Made by a program: the position numbers and the translations under genes
Assembly: GCA_023380935.1 (NCBI GenBank)
Contig: JAMCST010000009.1
Location: forward strand, 27,760 to 91,759
Source of the DNA: Patescibacteria group bacterium
Lineage (GTDB): Bacteria > Patescibacteriota > Microgenomatia > UBA1406 > GWC2-37-13
Direction of reading: 5' to 3'
Length of the DNA stretch: 64,000 nucleotides
Part shown: positions 17,318-25,866 of the stretch, one piece after another
Layout of the letters: each line of letters opens with the position of its first letter
Position numbering within the stretch: position 1 is the first letter of the stretch
The notes under the pieces: generated by a model
What the model was told of the DNA's origin: nothing
Databases searched by the model: none
The model's input: only the letters and a program-made list of their open reading frames with translations

Positions 17318-18258
17318 TGGAGCGCAGTGCGCAAATGGCTAAGATTGTTTTGTTGGACGGTGAAATAGTTCAGGCCGGTCGCCTGTTCGGTTTGGGTCAG
17401 TCCTTCGAGCGGGTTGAACACCAGGGTTTTCGCCCCGACCTCGCGCGCCAGGGTGTCGGCCAGGCGCGGGCTGACTAGGGTCTCAAAGAAAATATAGCGG
17501 ATTTTTTCCCGTTTTGCCAGGTTGACGATTTGGGCCAGCTGCCGGGGCGAGGGTTCCTGGTCGGGGTTGATCCCCTGGATGGCGACCTGGGTCAAGCCGT
17601 ATCGGCGCGCCAGATAACCGAAGGCGGCATGGGAAGTAATGACGTCTTTTTGTTGACAGTGCGCTAATCCTTGTTTGAAGTCCCGGTTGAGTTGCTCCAA
17701 TTTCTGGACCAGGGCCATCCGGTTGGATTCATACTGCGACCGGTGGTTTGGATCGCGCGCCATTAACGCTTTGGCAATCAAATTTACTTCCTGCTGGGCC
17801 AGCACCGGATCAAGCCAGACATGGGGGTCGGTCTGGCTGCGGCCGTCTTCTTTGAGACTCAGGTCGGCCAGGGGTTGGCCGGCGGCCACCACGGCAATCT
17901 TCCGGTCGGTCAACTCCTGATGCAGCCGGTCGGCCCACGGTTCCAGTCCGGCGCCGTTGATCACCAGGACGTCGCTGTTGTCGATGTTTACGATGTCGCC
18001 GACCGTCGGTTCATAGTCGTGCGGCTCGGCTCCGGCTGGAACGAGGTCGGTGACGTCGGCGTTGTCACCGGCGATCTGACTGGTGAAAAAATACAACGGA
18101 TAAAATGAAGCCACGATTTTCAACCGGTGGGACTGGCGGTTTGACTGCTGCGTCCGGATACGGTGTCTGAGAAGATAACCGGCCAAAATGAATAAGCCAA
18201 GTACGCTGGCAGCTAAAATCAGACGTTTCAATGTGATTGGGAATGACGTTTTTGACAT
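17305..18258 (-). CDS. znuA: Zn/Mn ABC transporter substrate-binding protein
   Basis: EPHDYEP, DPHVWLDP, SHAAFGY, PLE. Confidence 0.93.
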   Translation of the reverse strand: MSKTSFPITLKRLILAASVLGLFILAGYLLRHRIRTQQSNRQSHRLKIVASFYPLYFFTSQIAGDNADVTDLVPAGAEPHDYEPTVGDIVNIDNSDVLVINGAGLEPWADRLHQELTDRKIAVVAAGQPLADLSLKEDGRSQTDPHVWLDPVLAQQEVNLIAKALMARDPNHRSQYESNRMALVQKLEQLNRDFKQGLAHCQQKDVITSHAAFGYLARRYGLTQVAIQGINPDQEPSPRQLAQIVNLAKREKIRYIFFETLVSPRLADTLAREVGAKTLVFNPLEGLTQTEQATGLNYFTVQQNNLSHLRTALQCRQ

Positions 18259-18656
18259 CGATGACAGTCGCCAAAAAATTCTAAATTATGGCGCCGGATA
18301 AAAAAGTCGCTCTGGCGGTCGACCAGTTTCAGCAGTTGTTCCTCTTTGATTATCACATCCTCGACCCGGCCGCAACCGTCGCAGACCAGGTGATGATGAT
18401 GGCGCGTTGAATCCAGTTCGTAACGGGCGGTTTGTTCCTGAAACCGGGTTTTCAGTACGAGATTAAGAGAAACGCAGCGGTCAAGTACTCGGTAAACCGT
18501 GGCCCGGTCGATGCGGATATTTTTCCGGCGCAGGCGCTGGAAAATGGCGCCGGCGCTTTGAGGAGAATCGGTCAATCCGCCCAGCACCTGGTCAAGTTGG
18601 CGGGTCAGGCGCAGTCCGTTTTCCCGCAGTTGGTGTTTGATGGCCGTCCGGTTCAT
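18228..18656 (-). CDS. zur: Fur-family repressor (Zur-like)
   Basis: ATVYRVLD, HHHHLVCDGCG, C-terminal CHRC. First gene of the znu operon. Start at MNRTAI. Confidence 0.88.
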   Translation of the reverse strand: MNRTAIKHQLRENGLRLTRQLDQVLGGLTDSPQSAGAIFQRLRRKNIRIDRATVYRVLDRCVSLNLVLKTRFQEQTARYELDSTRHHHHLVCDGCGRVEDVIIKEEQLLKLVDRQSDFFIRRHNLEFFGDCHRCQKRHSQSH

Positions 18657-18662
18657 TGGCAA

Positions 18663-18691
18663 ATTATTGCATATTAGTCGCAATAAGTCAA
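18663..18691 (-). promoter_or_regulatory. znu operon promoter overlapped by a palindromic Zur-box candidate
   Basis: TTGACT-17 nt-AATAAT, overlapped by TTATTGC-N9-GCAATAA (18664-18686). Confidence 0.75.
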
Positions 18692-19149
18692 GAAGGCTTG
18701 ATTTTTATGATTTGATAAGTGAATTTTCCGGAAGGAAGATCGACGCTGACCGTTTCCCCCACCCGTTGTCCCAGCAATGCCCGGCCGACCGGCGACCGGT
18801 AGGAAATTTTATTGTTAAGCGGATCGGCTTCGTAGTCGCCCACCAGATGGAACTCTTGGGCTTGGTTATTATCATTAACCACCGTGACTGAAAATCCGAC
18901 CTGCACCGTTGATGCGGAGCGGGTTTGAGGAAGGCGGGCCGTTTTTAATATCCGTTCCAACTGGCGCAAACGCCGATCAATGCCGGACAGCCGCCAGCGG
19001 GCAGCCCGGTAGGCGCCGTTTTCGCTCAGGTCTCCCAGGGCGCGCGCCGTCTGCAGCTCGGAAACTGCCCCGGGGCGTTTTTCCCGGAGCTGTTTTAACT
19101 CTTGTTTAGCCGCCGCATAACCGGCCGCCGTCATGATGACCCATTTCAT
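18688..19149 (-). CDS. greA: Transcription elongation factor GreA/GreB family
   Basis: GDLSENGAY, ADPLNNKISYRSPVGRALLG. Confidence 0.92.
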   Translation of the reverse strand: MKWVIMTAAGYAAAKQELKQLREKRPGAVSELQTARALGDLSENGAYRAARWRLSGIDRRLRQLERILKTARLPQTRSASTVQVGFSVTVVNDNNQAQEFHLVGDYEADPLNNKISYRSPVGRALLGQRVGETVSVDLPSGKFTYQIIKIKPS

Positions 19150-19255
19150 TTTTTTATTCTACCACGGGAAGGTAAACAGCGCGCACACTATAAAAACAGC
19201 CAAATTTATATTGAGTATGTTAGGGCGTTTTAATGGTCTAAAAGTTATTTATTAC

Positions 19256-19284
19256 TTGACAAATACTAAGCAACCAGCTACACT
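19256..19284 (+). promoter_or_regulatory. Sigma70-type promoter of the AT-rich islet
   Basis: TTGACA-17 nt-TACACT. Confidence 0.6.
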
Positions 19285-19374
19285 AAAGTGACTATTTAAT
19301 TACTATATAATCTAGAGAAAAGCCCTACTAAAGGTTTGCTAATAGTAATTAGTAATTTTAGATTTACTATATAA

Positions 19375-19539
19375 ATGAAAGCTTCAAAAGGACCGGAGTT
19401 AGTCGTGATAGCTACAAAATACAAAAACCGAGCACTTCGGGTCGATTATTATACTAAATCCGGTAAACCAGTTTCTAAAGAAAAAGTTATCAGAGAAACT
19501 GATAGTAAAGGTGCAGTAAGGTATTACTGTTCTATTTAA
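19375..19539 (+). CDS. 54-aa basic micro-protein (absent from the ORF track)
   Basis: MKASKGPELVVIATKYKNRALRVDYYTKSGKPVSKEKVIRETDSKGAVRYYCSI. Its stop overlaps the next start (TAATG). Confidence 0.6.
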   Translation: MKASKGPELVVIATKYKNRALRVDYYTKSGKPVSKEKVIRETDSKGAVRYYCSI

Positions 19540-20054
19540 TGGGCAAGAAAAAACTCCCTCTACAGGGATACGATTTTTACACTGGGGTTTTAAACCTTAT
19601 CCCAACTACAACAGAAGCCTATATTAAGTGTGGAAAATGTCCGGAAACCATCGTTAAAAGAAGAAAACACGAATTAAGAGACCTATATAAGAAAATGCTA
19701 CTTTCTTCTATATCTTATCGGCTTACAGAAATACAACAGCGACAATTTCCAACAGAAAACGAAGTTCTTGTTTTTATTGTCCAGTATTTCATTTCCAAAA
19801 AAGATTACGATTCTACAGATCTAGATAATATGGCAAAAACTATATTAGACATTCTTAAAGGACAACTATATAGTGATGATCGTCAAGTGCGGGTATTATT
19901 AATACTAAAGAAAATGATAGACAAATTAATACCGCAAAATTATACCTTTATTGCTGTTAAGGAATTGAAAGACGATAAAGATTCTACCCTAACGCAAGTG
20001 GCCGGGATTGAAAGATCGATATCAGAATATCACGAAACAAGAAAAAGGGCTTAA
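19539..20054 (+). CDS. rusA: RusA-family endonuclease / Holliday junction resolvase-like
   Basis: DLDNMAKTILDILKGQLYSDDRQV matches the RusA DxDNxxK...DD motif. Confidence 0.8.
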   Translation: MGKKKLPLQGYDFYTGVLNLIPTTTEAYIKCGKCPETIVKRRKHELRDLYKKMLLSSISYRLTEIQQRQFPTENEVLVFIVQYFISKKDYDSTDLDNMAKTILDILKGQLYSDDRQVRVLLILKKMIDKLIPQNYTFIAVKELKDDKDSTLTQVAGIERSISEYHETRKRA

Positions 20055-20082
20055 CGTTCTTAAACTTGTTTAAGAAACGTTA
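20052..20082 (+). terminator. Hairpin directly after rusA
   Basis: TAACGTTCTTAAAC-TT-GTTTAAGAAACGTTA is a near-perfect inverted repeat. No clear U-tract. Confidence 0.45.
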
Positions 20083-20186
20083 GAGTAAAAGAAGTAATTC
20101 TCTTCAAGTATTTCAAACAAACGGTGATCATAAATTGGTATTGACTTTTTGTGAAAATACACAATAATGTTAATGTTTTATTATTC

Positions 20187-21281
20187 ATGAAAAAAAACCG
20201 CAGCAAAAAAAAAGTCAAAAAACCCCCCTTAAATTCTTATCACCACGATTTTCCCAAAAAGGTTGTTGTCATTTATAGTGAGGTAAGACGGGAATACTTT
20301 CCCACCGAGGATCAGTACATTACCGAGAAGGATGCGTTGAAAGAGGCCGAAGTGATTGCCGATTATCTCAAGCGCCTCAAACTGCAGGTACAGCTGTATC
20401 CGGGAACGCCGCGGTTGCCACTGCAATTGCAGCGCCACCGGCCCGACGTCGTGCTTAATCTGGTTGCCTCGGTCAAGGGTAACGAATATCTGGCCGCGAC
20501 CATTCCCGCCATGCTCGAGTTTCTGGAGATCCCGTACACCGGCGGCGGCATCTTGGGCGAGTCGTTGTCATATAACAAGTTTCTCATCCGTAAACTGCTC
20601 CAACAGAACGGGATCCCGGTTCCCTACTATCAGCTTTTCAATAGTCATACCGATCCGCTTGATCCCAATCTGCGTTTTCCTCTCATTTCCAAACTGAACG
20701 AAATTCACGGGGCGGTAGAGATCACGAAAGATGCGGTGTCGGAAAACGAAAGGCACCTGCGCGAGCGCGTCAAGTTTCTCATCAAGACCTATCATCAACC
20801 GGTACTGGTGGAAGAATTCATCGTCGGCCGGGAAATCACCGCGCTGCTGTTTGAGGGGTTGAACAAAAAAGTCTATCTGGCGGAAAAAGTATTCAATCAG
20901 ACGGTTGGGAAATATAAATTTGCCTCATTCGAGCTCCAGTGGTTGGAAAAAAACAAAGACGCCATCGCTTACCAGAAACACGAGGATGACCTGTTGAAGG
21001 AATACGTCAAGCGGGCGTTTGAGATTACCCGGATGTCGGATTACGGAAAGTTCGACGTGCGCCTGGACAGCTCCGGCCGTTACTATTTCATCGACGCCAA
21101 CAGTAACCCGGCCTTCGGGCCGAAGGAAAACGCCTGCGCCATGGGATCATTGCTTGACATGTACGAGATCCCTTTTAGCGAAATTCTCAAGCGTCTGTTG
21201 CTCAATACGATGCGCGACGCCGCCGGAAAAAAATTATTGCCGTTGACCCCCAACGGCGATTACGCCAATCATGGAAAATAA
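20187..21281 (+). CDS. D-Ala-D-Ala ligase-like ATP-grasp protein
   Basis: PAMLEFLEIPYTG, VLVEEFIVGREIT, DYGKFDVRLD...FIDANSNP. Start placed at MKKNRS. Confidence 0.85.
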   Translation: MKKNRSKKKVKKPPLNSYHHDFPKKVVVIYSEVRREYFPTEDQYITEKDALKEAEVIADYLKRLKLQVQLYPGTPRLPLQLQRHRPDVVLNLVASVKGNEYLAATIPAMLEFLEIPYTGGGILGESLSYNKFLIRKLLQQNGIPVPYYQLFNSHTDPLDPNLRFPLISKLNEIHGAVEITKDAVSENERHLRERVKFLIKTYHQPVLVEEFIVGREITALLFEGLNKKVYLAEKVFNQTVGKYKFASFELQWLEKNKDAIAYQKHEDDLLKEYVKRAFEITRMSDYGKFDVRLDSSGRYYFIDANSNPAFGPKENACAMGSLLDMYEIPFSEILKRLLLNTMRDAAGKKLLPLTPNGDYANHGK

Positions 21282-23670
21282 AACCCTACTGGTCGTCGGC
21301 ACCGGTTACCCGCAAAAACGGTTTGTCCTCCAGCGCATCAAAAAACTAGGTGTAACGGCGATCATCCTCAACCAGGAAAAGAACTGGGCCTTGCCCTATG
21401 CCGATTACTGGATTGTGGCGGACAACAACCATCATGCCGAGGCGATCCAGGCGGTGGAAAATTTTCTCAACGACCATCCCCAGGTGAAGATCGATGGCGT
21501 GATTACCTATTGGGAAGACGACGTGTTGCTGACCGCCAAACTGGCGGAGAAACTGAAACTGATCGGTATCCCCTACGCCATCGCCAAAAAAACCCGCAAC
21601 AAAGCGCTGTTTAGAAAATTCTGCAGCGAAAACCACATTCCCGCGCCGCAGTTCAAAATCATCAGGAACAGCGACGATTTGATTTCCGTGAAAAAGAAAT
21701 TCGGCTTCCCGTTGGTGATAAAACCGGTTTTCGGTTCCAGCAGCGCCTACGTCGTCAAGATTGAAGACAAGGAAGAATTGGAAGAGACTTACCAATATGT
21801 GAGAAATAACCTCTCGTCCCAGGTAGAGTCGGCCTTGAACGACGGCAGTGAAATCATGGTTGAGGAATATATCGATGGTGACGAGGTGGACATCGATATT
21901 CTCATCCAAAACGGTAAAATCAAATTCTATACCATCTCGGACAACGACCAGACCGATGAGCCGTTTTTCGTGGAAACCGGCCGGCAGACGCCGTCCAGCC
22001 TCCCGGAAAAAAACCAGGCCGAGTTGATGGAAATGGCCGAAGAAACCCTGGAAAAGCTGGGGATCCAGAACGGCTGCATCCATTTTGAGGCCAAATCGAC
22101 CAAAAAAGGCGCGTTTCCTTTGGAGGTGAATCTGCGTTTGGGAGGTGACGAGATCTATAGTTCGGTCAAGCAGGCCTGGAGCGTTGATTTGATCGAGAAC
22201 GCCGTCAAGATCGCGTTCGGCGAGTATATCAAAATCAAAAAACCGGACATCCCGCTCCGCTATGTGGTCAGCCGCGATTTTCTTTCCGTTCATTCCGGCC
22301 TGTTGGCCGAGTTTGAGGTTGACCCCGGAATAAAAAAACTGCGTCAGGTGGACCAGGTCCATTTCCATAAAAAAATCGGCGAGGCGGTATTGGTGCCTCC
22401 GGAAGGATACGAATACCTGGGTTGGATTTCCGTCACCGGAGAAAATGCCATCGATGCCGGGGACAATCTCCAGGAAGCGATGAAAAAAATCTCCTATCGC
22501 GTGGCCAAGTTCGATCCGGCCTCATCGATCGGGAAAACGACGCGGCTCAACTCGTTTTCCAGCGCCGCGTTGAGAAAAGATTTGTTGCGCGGCGCGGCGA
22601 AAATCGAGACGATCCGGCGGATCTCCCGAAAAAACCAGCGCAAGCTCCATATCGGCATTGCTTGTAACATCTACGAAAAGGAAACGAATTCGGTGGAGCA
22701 GGACCTGATGTCGGTCGGAAAAAACATCCAGAAGACGCTGGAAAAGCGCGGTTACCGCATCAGTTTTTTTGATTTCAACAACCTGCCTCAGGTATTTAAC
22801 GAGCTGCGTCGTTCCAACGTCGACATTGTCTTTAACGTCTGCGAACGGATCAATGACTCGAGTTTGTTGGAACCGCACGCCGCCTCGATTCTCGACACGC
22901 TGCAAATTCCCTACACCGGCTCCAATCCGTTCACCCTGGCGCTGTGCATCGACAAGATCCGCGTCAAAAAACTGCTGGCGTTTCACGATATTCCCACGCC
23001 CCGCTGGGATTATGCCTATACCATTGATGACGAGCTGGATGATTCGTTGAAGTTCCCCCTGATAGTAAAGCCCGGCAACACCGACAACTCAATCGGCATC
23101 ACCAACGACTCGGTGGTCACCAACAGCCAAGAACTGGAAAAACAATTGAAAAAAATTATCGTTGACGTCGGCCGGCCGGCGCTGATCGAGGAGTATATCG
23201 AGGGCGACGAATACGACGTCTCGATCATCGGCAGCGACGAGACCGACCTGCGCGTCCTGCCCCTGTCCCGCTCGATCTTCAAGAACCTGCCGCAGGGCTA
23301 CTGGCACATCTACCCGTTTGCCGCCAAATGGGACGAGGATGAAATATATGACCGGTGTATCGTGGTGCAGCGGCCGCCGAAGATCGACAAAAAACTGGAG
23401 TCGCTCATCAGCGAGATCGCCTTGGATACCTATAATATTCTTGACTGTCATGACTACGGCCGGGTGGAAATCCGAGTTGATAAAAACGACAATCCTTACG
23501 TATTGGAATTGAATCCCAACCCTTCGATTAATATCGGCGACTGCGTTCCCAACTGCGCCAAAATGGTCGGGATGGACTACGGCGACTTTATCGAGGAAAT
23601 CGTCAGCATGGCGGTGCGGCGCTACAAAAACCGGCCACCCTACTACCATCTCCAGACCAATCTGCTATAA
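21271..23670 (+). CDS. Two-domain ATP-grasp ligase (amino-acid-ligase-like plus Ddl-like)
   Basis: Domain 1: FPLVIKPVFGSSS, MVEEYIDG, HFE...LEVNLRLGG. Domain 2: IPYTGS, FPLIVKP...SIGI, IEEYIEG, YGRVEIR...LELNPNP. Confidence 0.9.
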   Translation: MENKTLLVVGTGYPQKRFVLQRIKKLGVTAIILNQEKNWALPYADYWIVADNNHHAEAIQAVENFLNDHPQVKIDGVITYWEDDVLLTAKLAEKLKLIGIPYAIAKKTRNKALFRKFCSENHIPAPQFKIIRNSDDLISVKKKFGFPLVIKPVFGSSSAYVVKIEDKEELEETYQYVRNNLSSQVESALNDGSEIMVEEYIDGDEVDIDILIQNGKIKFYTISDNDQTDEPFFVETGRQTPSSLPEKNQAELMEMAEETLEKLGIQNGCIHFEAKSTKKGAFPLEVNLRLGGDEIYSSVKQAWSVDLIENAVKIAFGEYIKIKKPDIPLRYVVSRDFLSVHSGLLAEFEVDPGIKKLRQVDQVHFHKKIGEAVLVPPEGYEYLGWISVTGENAIDAGDNLQEAMKKISYRVAKFDPASSIGKTTRLNSFSSAALRKDLLRGAAKIETIRRISRKNQRKLHIGIACNIYEKETNSVEQDLMSVGKNIQKTLEKRGYRISFFDFNNLPQVFNELRRSNVDIVFNVCERINDSSLLEPHAASILDTLQIPYTGSNPFTLALCIDKIRVKKLLAFHDIPTPRWDYAYTIDDELDDSLKFPLIVKPGNTDNSIGITNDSVVTNSQELEKQLKKIIVDVGRPALIEEYIEGDEYDVSIIGSDETDLRVLPLSRSIFKNLPQGYWHIYPFAAKWDEDEIYDRCIVVQRPPKIDKKLESLISEIALDTYNILDCHDYGRVEIRVDKNDNPYVLELNPNPSINIGDCVPNCAKMVGMDYGDFIEEIVSMAVRRYKNRPPYYHLQTNLL

Positions 23671-23697
23671 TATAGTTTTGTTTGATTAATTTATACT

Positions 23698-24537
23698 ATG
23701 GGATATTCAACTGAACATATCGGTCGACCTGATCGAACCACCTGGTTAAATCTGGCCAGCTATATGGTGGCACATCAAGATCATTTCTCTACCCCAATCG
23801 GTCGGGAGAGCAAAGACCACTTTGTCTGGCATGATTTTAAAAATACCTTAGGTTATCCTTATGCGATAGCCAGCCACTTGTACCCAAGGTTGGTGAAAAA
23901 TTTTTCGCTTGGCGCGGATAATCCCAATGAAAGACTAGAAGGAGTAGAGTTTGTTTTGACATTGGCCGCTGCCGCCGACCCCATGGATCAAAGACTGGCC
24001 AGGATAGTTTCTGACGCACGCGGCGTTACCCAGCAGGCAAAGGCGATGCTGGCGATGTTTCCTGTTTTAGCCAGTTCAGTGCGTTTTCTTAACCAACCCG
24101 ACTTCAGAGAATTTAAGCGGCTATTCTCTCAGGCTGTTGCCTTATCCACGGTTTTAACGGCGGCCGGGGTGGATCCGCAACTATATTACCGTCCTTCCGG
24201 CTACGACGGACAGGTAAACGGAACCCAGGCAATAATTGCCTATAATCTCGCCACCAACGCCGCCAAGGCGCAAAGAGAGGTAAGCGAAGACGAGTTCCAT
24301 CTTGTTCCGGTCGGGGTGGCAGCGACAAGTAGGGACGTTCACATTGTCAACCAATCCCGGCAACCGTTTGTCCTTGACGTTAATCGTCTTCCTTTCTTTC
24401 CGGAAGGAGACAGACAAGACCATATTGGTTTAATGATCGCTAAAGCTTATGCCGGTATTACCGGAGCCACCATCGAAGGAACCTCGACGCCCGCTCAAGC
24501 GAGTTACCATCACGTTTTATCGACGGTTCGTTGGTAA
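23698..24537 (+). CDS. Hypothetical protein, degenerate sensor-less histidine-kinase-like
   Basis: H-box-like WHDFKNTL, N-box-like YNLATNAAK, G2-like HIGLMIAK. No DxGxG and no TM helix. Confidence 0.5.
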   Translation: MGYSTEHIGRPDRTTWLNLASYMVAHQDHFSTPIGRESKDHFVWHDFKNTLGYPYAIASHLYPRLVKNFSLGADNPNERLEGVEFVLTLAAAADPMDQRLARIVSDARGVTQQAKAMLAMFPVLASSVRFLNQPDFREFKRLFSQAVALSTVLTAAGVDPQLYYRPSGYDGQVNGTQAIIAYNLATNAAKAQREVSEDEFHLVPVGVAATSRDVHIVNQSRQPFVLDVNRLPFFPEGDRQDHIGLMIAKAYAGITGATIEGTSTPAQASYHHVLSTVRW

Positions 24538-25812
24538 GGGTAATCTTCGCAGATAGCGTGCCGATGCACCGCTCAAGATAATGCAGGCAATGACCAGGGC
24601 CACGGCAATTACCACCGGCGGCGCCCGCACTCCGTATGTCGGAATGAATCCGTAGCAACCAACGGCAATCGTCAGGAAAAAGATAACGTTAGCCACCAGG
24701 ATGACCTGGGGTTTTTTGACGGTGTAAAGAATAAACAGCAGCGGCAAATTAATCAGGGTAAACAGAATAAAGGGCAGGCTAAGCATTTTGGTGATCATGG
24801 CGGTCTGGGCGTATTTGGTGGTGAAAAACAGATAATATACCTGGTTGGGTAACAGGAACAGCGCCAGGAATAGTCCGGAGGGTAGAGCCAGGTAAAGCAG
24901 GCCGGTTTTCAGATGGTGCAACACTTCGGCGCGCGTTTTCGCTTTGGAAAACAGCGGCGACAGTACCTGGGTGATGCTGGTGACCGAGGTGATCACGGTC
25001 AATATGATTTTCTGCGCCAGGCCGTAGTAGCCAACCTCGGTTTTGGAGCGAAAGTACGACAAAAGGAACAGGTCGGTGCGCAGCGACAGGTTGTAAAACT
25101 GCGACGCGAGAAAATAAGTCAGGGTGTATCGGAAACGAAATTCCTTCCGGTCAACTCCGGCCTTAATGACGCTGAAGACCAGCGCCTTTTTTTTGACGAA
25201 TAACAAGGCAAAAAATACCGTCGGCCCGACGATCCCGAATACGAACAGCACCAGGCCGATGGAAACGTGACCGACCAGCGCCCAGCCGACAATGACCGCG
25301 GCTTTAACCAGGTTGGCGGCGTTAAGATAGAGGTTGGCCGGGAAAAACCGTTTGGCGGCAAACAACAAGTTGAGCCCGGTGTTTTGCCAGATGAAAAACA
25401 TCACCATGGCCGCGGTCAGGTAGAGTTCCCAGACCGGCGCGCCGGTCTTGAAAAAAAACCGGTCCAGCCACGGAAAAAACACCAACAGCAGCGCAACCAC
25501 CACCGAGGAAAAAAGCGACTGGTAAAAAAACATCGTTTTGACAAACCGGTGAATCGATTCGTCTTTTTTGTCAAGCAGCGGCGGCAGATAGGAGTAGATC
25601 GTAGCGGTGGTGCCGAAGTCGAGCAGATTGGCCAGCACATAGGCGATGCTTAACAGGACGGTAAGGACGCCATACTGGGCCGGCGTCATGATCCGTACCA
25701 GCAACAGGGCGAAAAACGCCGTGAACACGACGTTAAGGTAGTTGCCGGCGGTATTGACGATCACATGGCGACTGGTGGGGCGCTTGACAAAACCGACTAG
25801 GGTGGGGATCAT
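24517..25812 (-). CDS. Wzx-type polysaccharide flippase
   Basis: Many TM helices, PAQYG, LLDFG, RTDLFLL...EVGYYGLA. Start 8 nt after TACAAT. Confidence 0.85.
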   Translation of the reverse strand: MIPTLVGFVKRPTSRHVIVNTAGNYLNVVFTAFFALLLVRIMTPAQYGVLTVLLSIAYVLANLLDFGTTATIYSYLPPLLDKKDESIHRFVKTMFFYQSLFSSVVVALLLVFFPWLDRFFFKTGAPVWELYLTAAMVMFFIWQNTGLNLLFAAKRFFPANLYLNAANLVKAAVIVGWALVGHVSIGLVLFVFGIVGPTVFFALLFVKKKALVFSVIKAGVDRKEFRFRYTLTYFLASQFYNLSLRTDLFLLSYFRSKTEVGYYGLAQKIILTVITSVTSITQVLSPLFSKAKTRAEVLHHLKTGLLYLALPSGLFLALFLLPNQVYYLFFTTKYAQTAMITKMLSLPFILFTLINLPLLFILYTVKKPQVILVANVIFFLTIAVGCYGFIPTYGVRAPPVVIAVALVIACIILSGASARYLRRLPLPTNRR

Positions 25813-25866
25813 GAGACTATATTGTAGCAAAATCGTGATCCGGACGGTTATGTTATATTATTTAAT

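Noticed and set aside
19539..20054. Prophage around rusA
   Set aside because: No structural, replication or integrase genes; the flanks are greA and ligases.
20049..20086. Integron attC site after rusA (GCTTAAC...GTTAGAG)
   Set aside because: Too short for attC, no L boxes, a single copy, and no intI in the window.
20187..21281. Canonical ddl or vancomycin-resistance ligase
   Set aside because: Lacks the N-terminal GG.S.E motif, and there are no mur or van neighbours.
21346..22368. 340-aa antisense ORF (likewise 8021-8857, 9176-9799, 26178-26954 and similar)
   Set aside because: Shadow frames of well-supported genes in GC-richer DNA, with no motifs.
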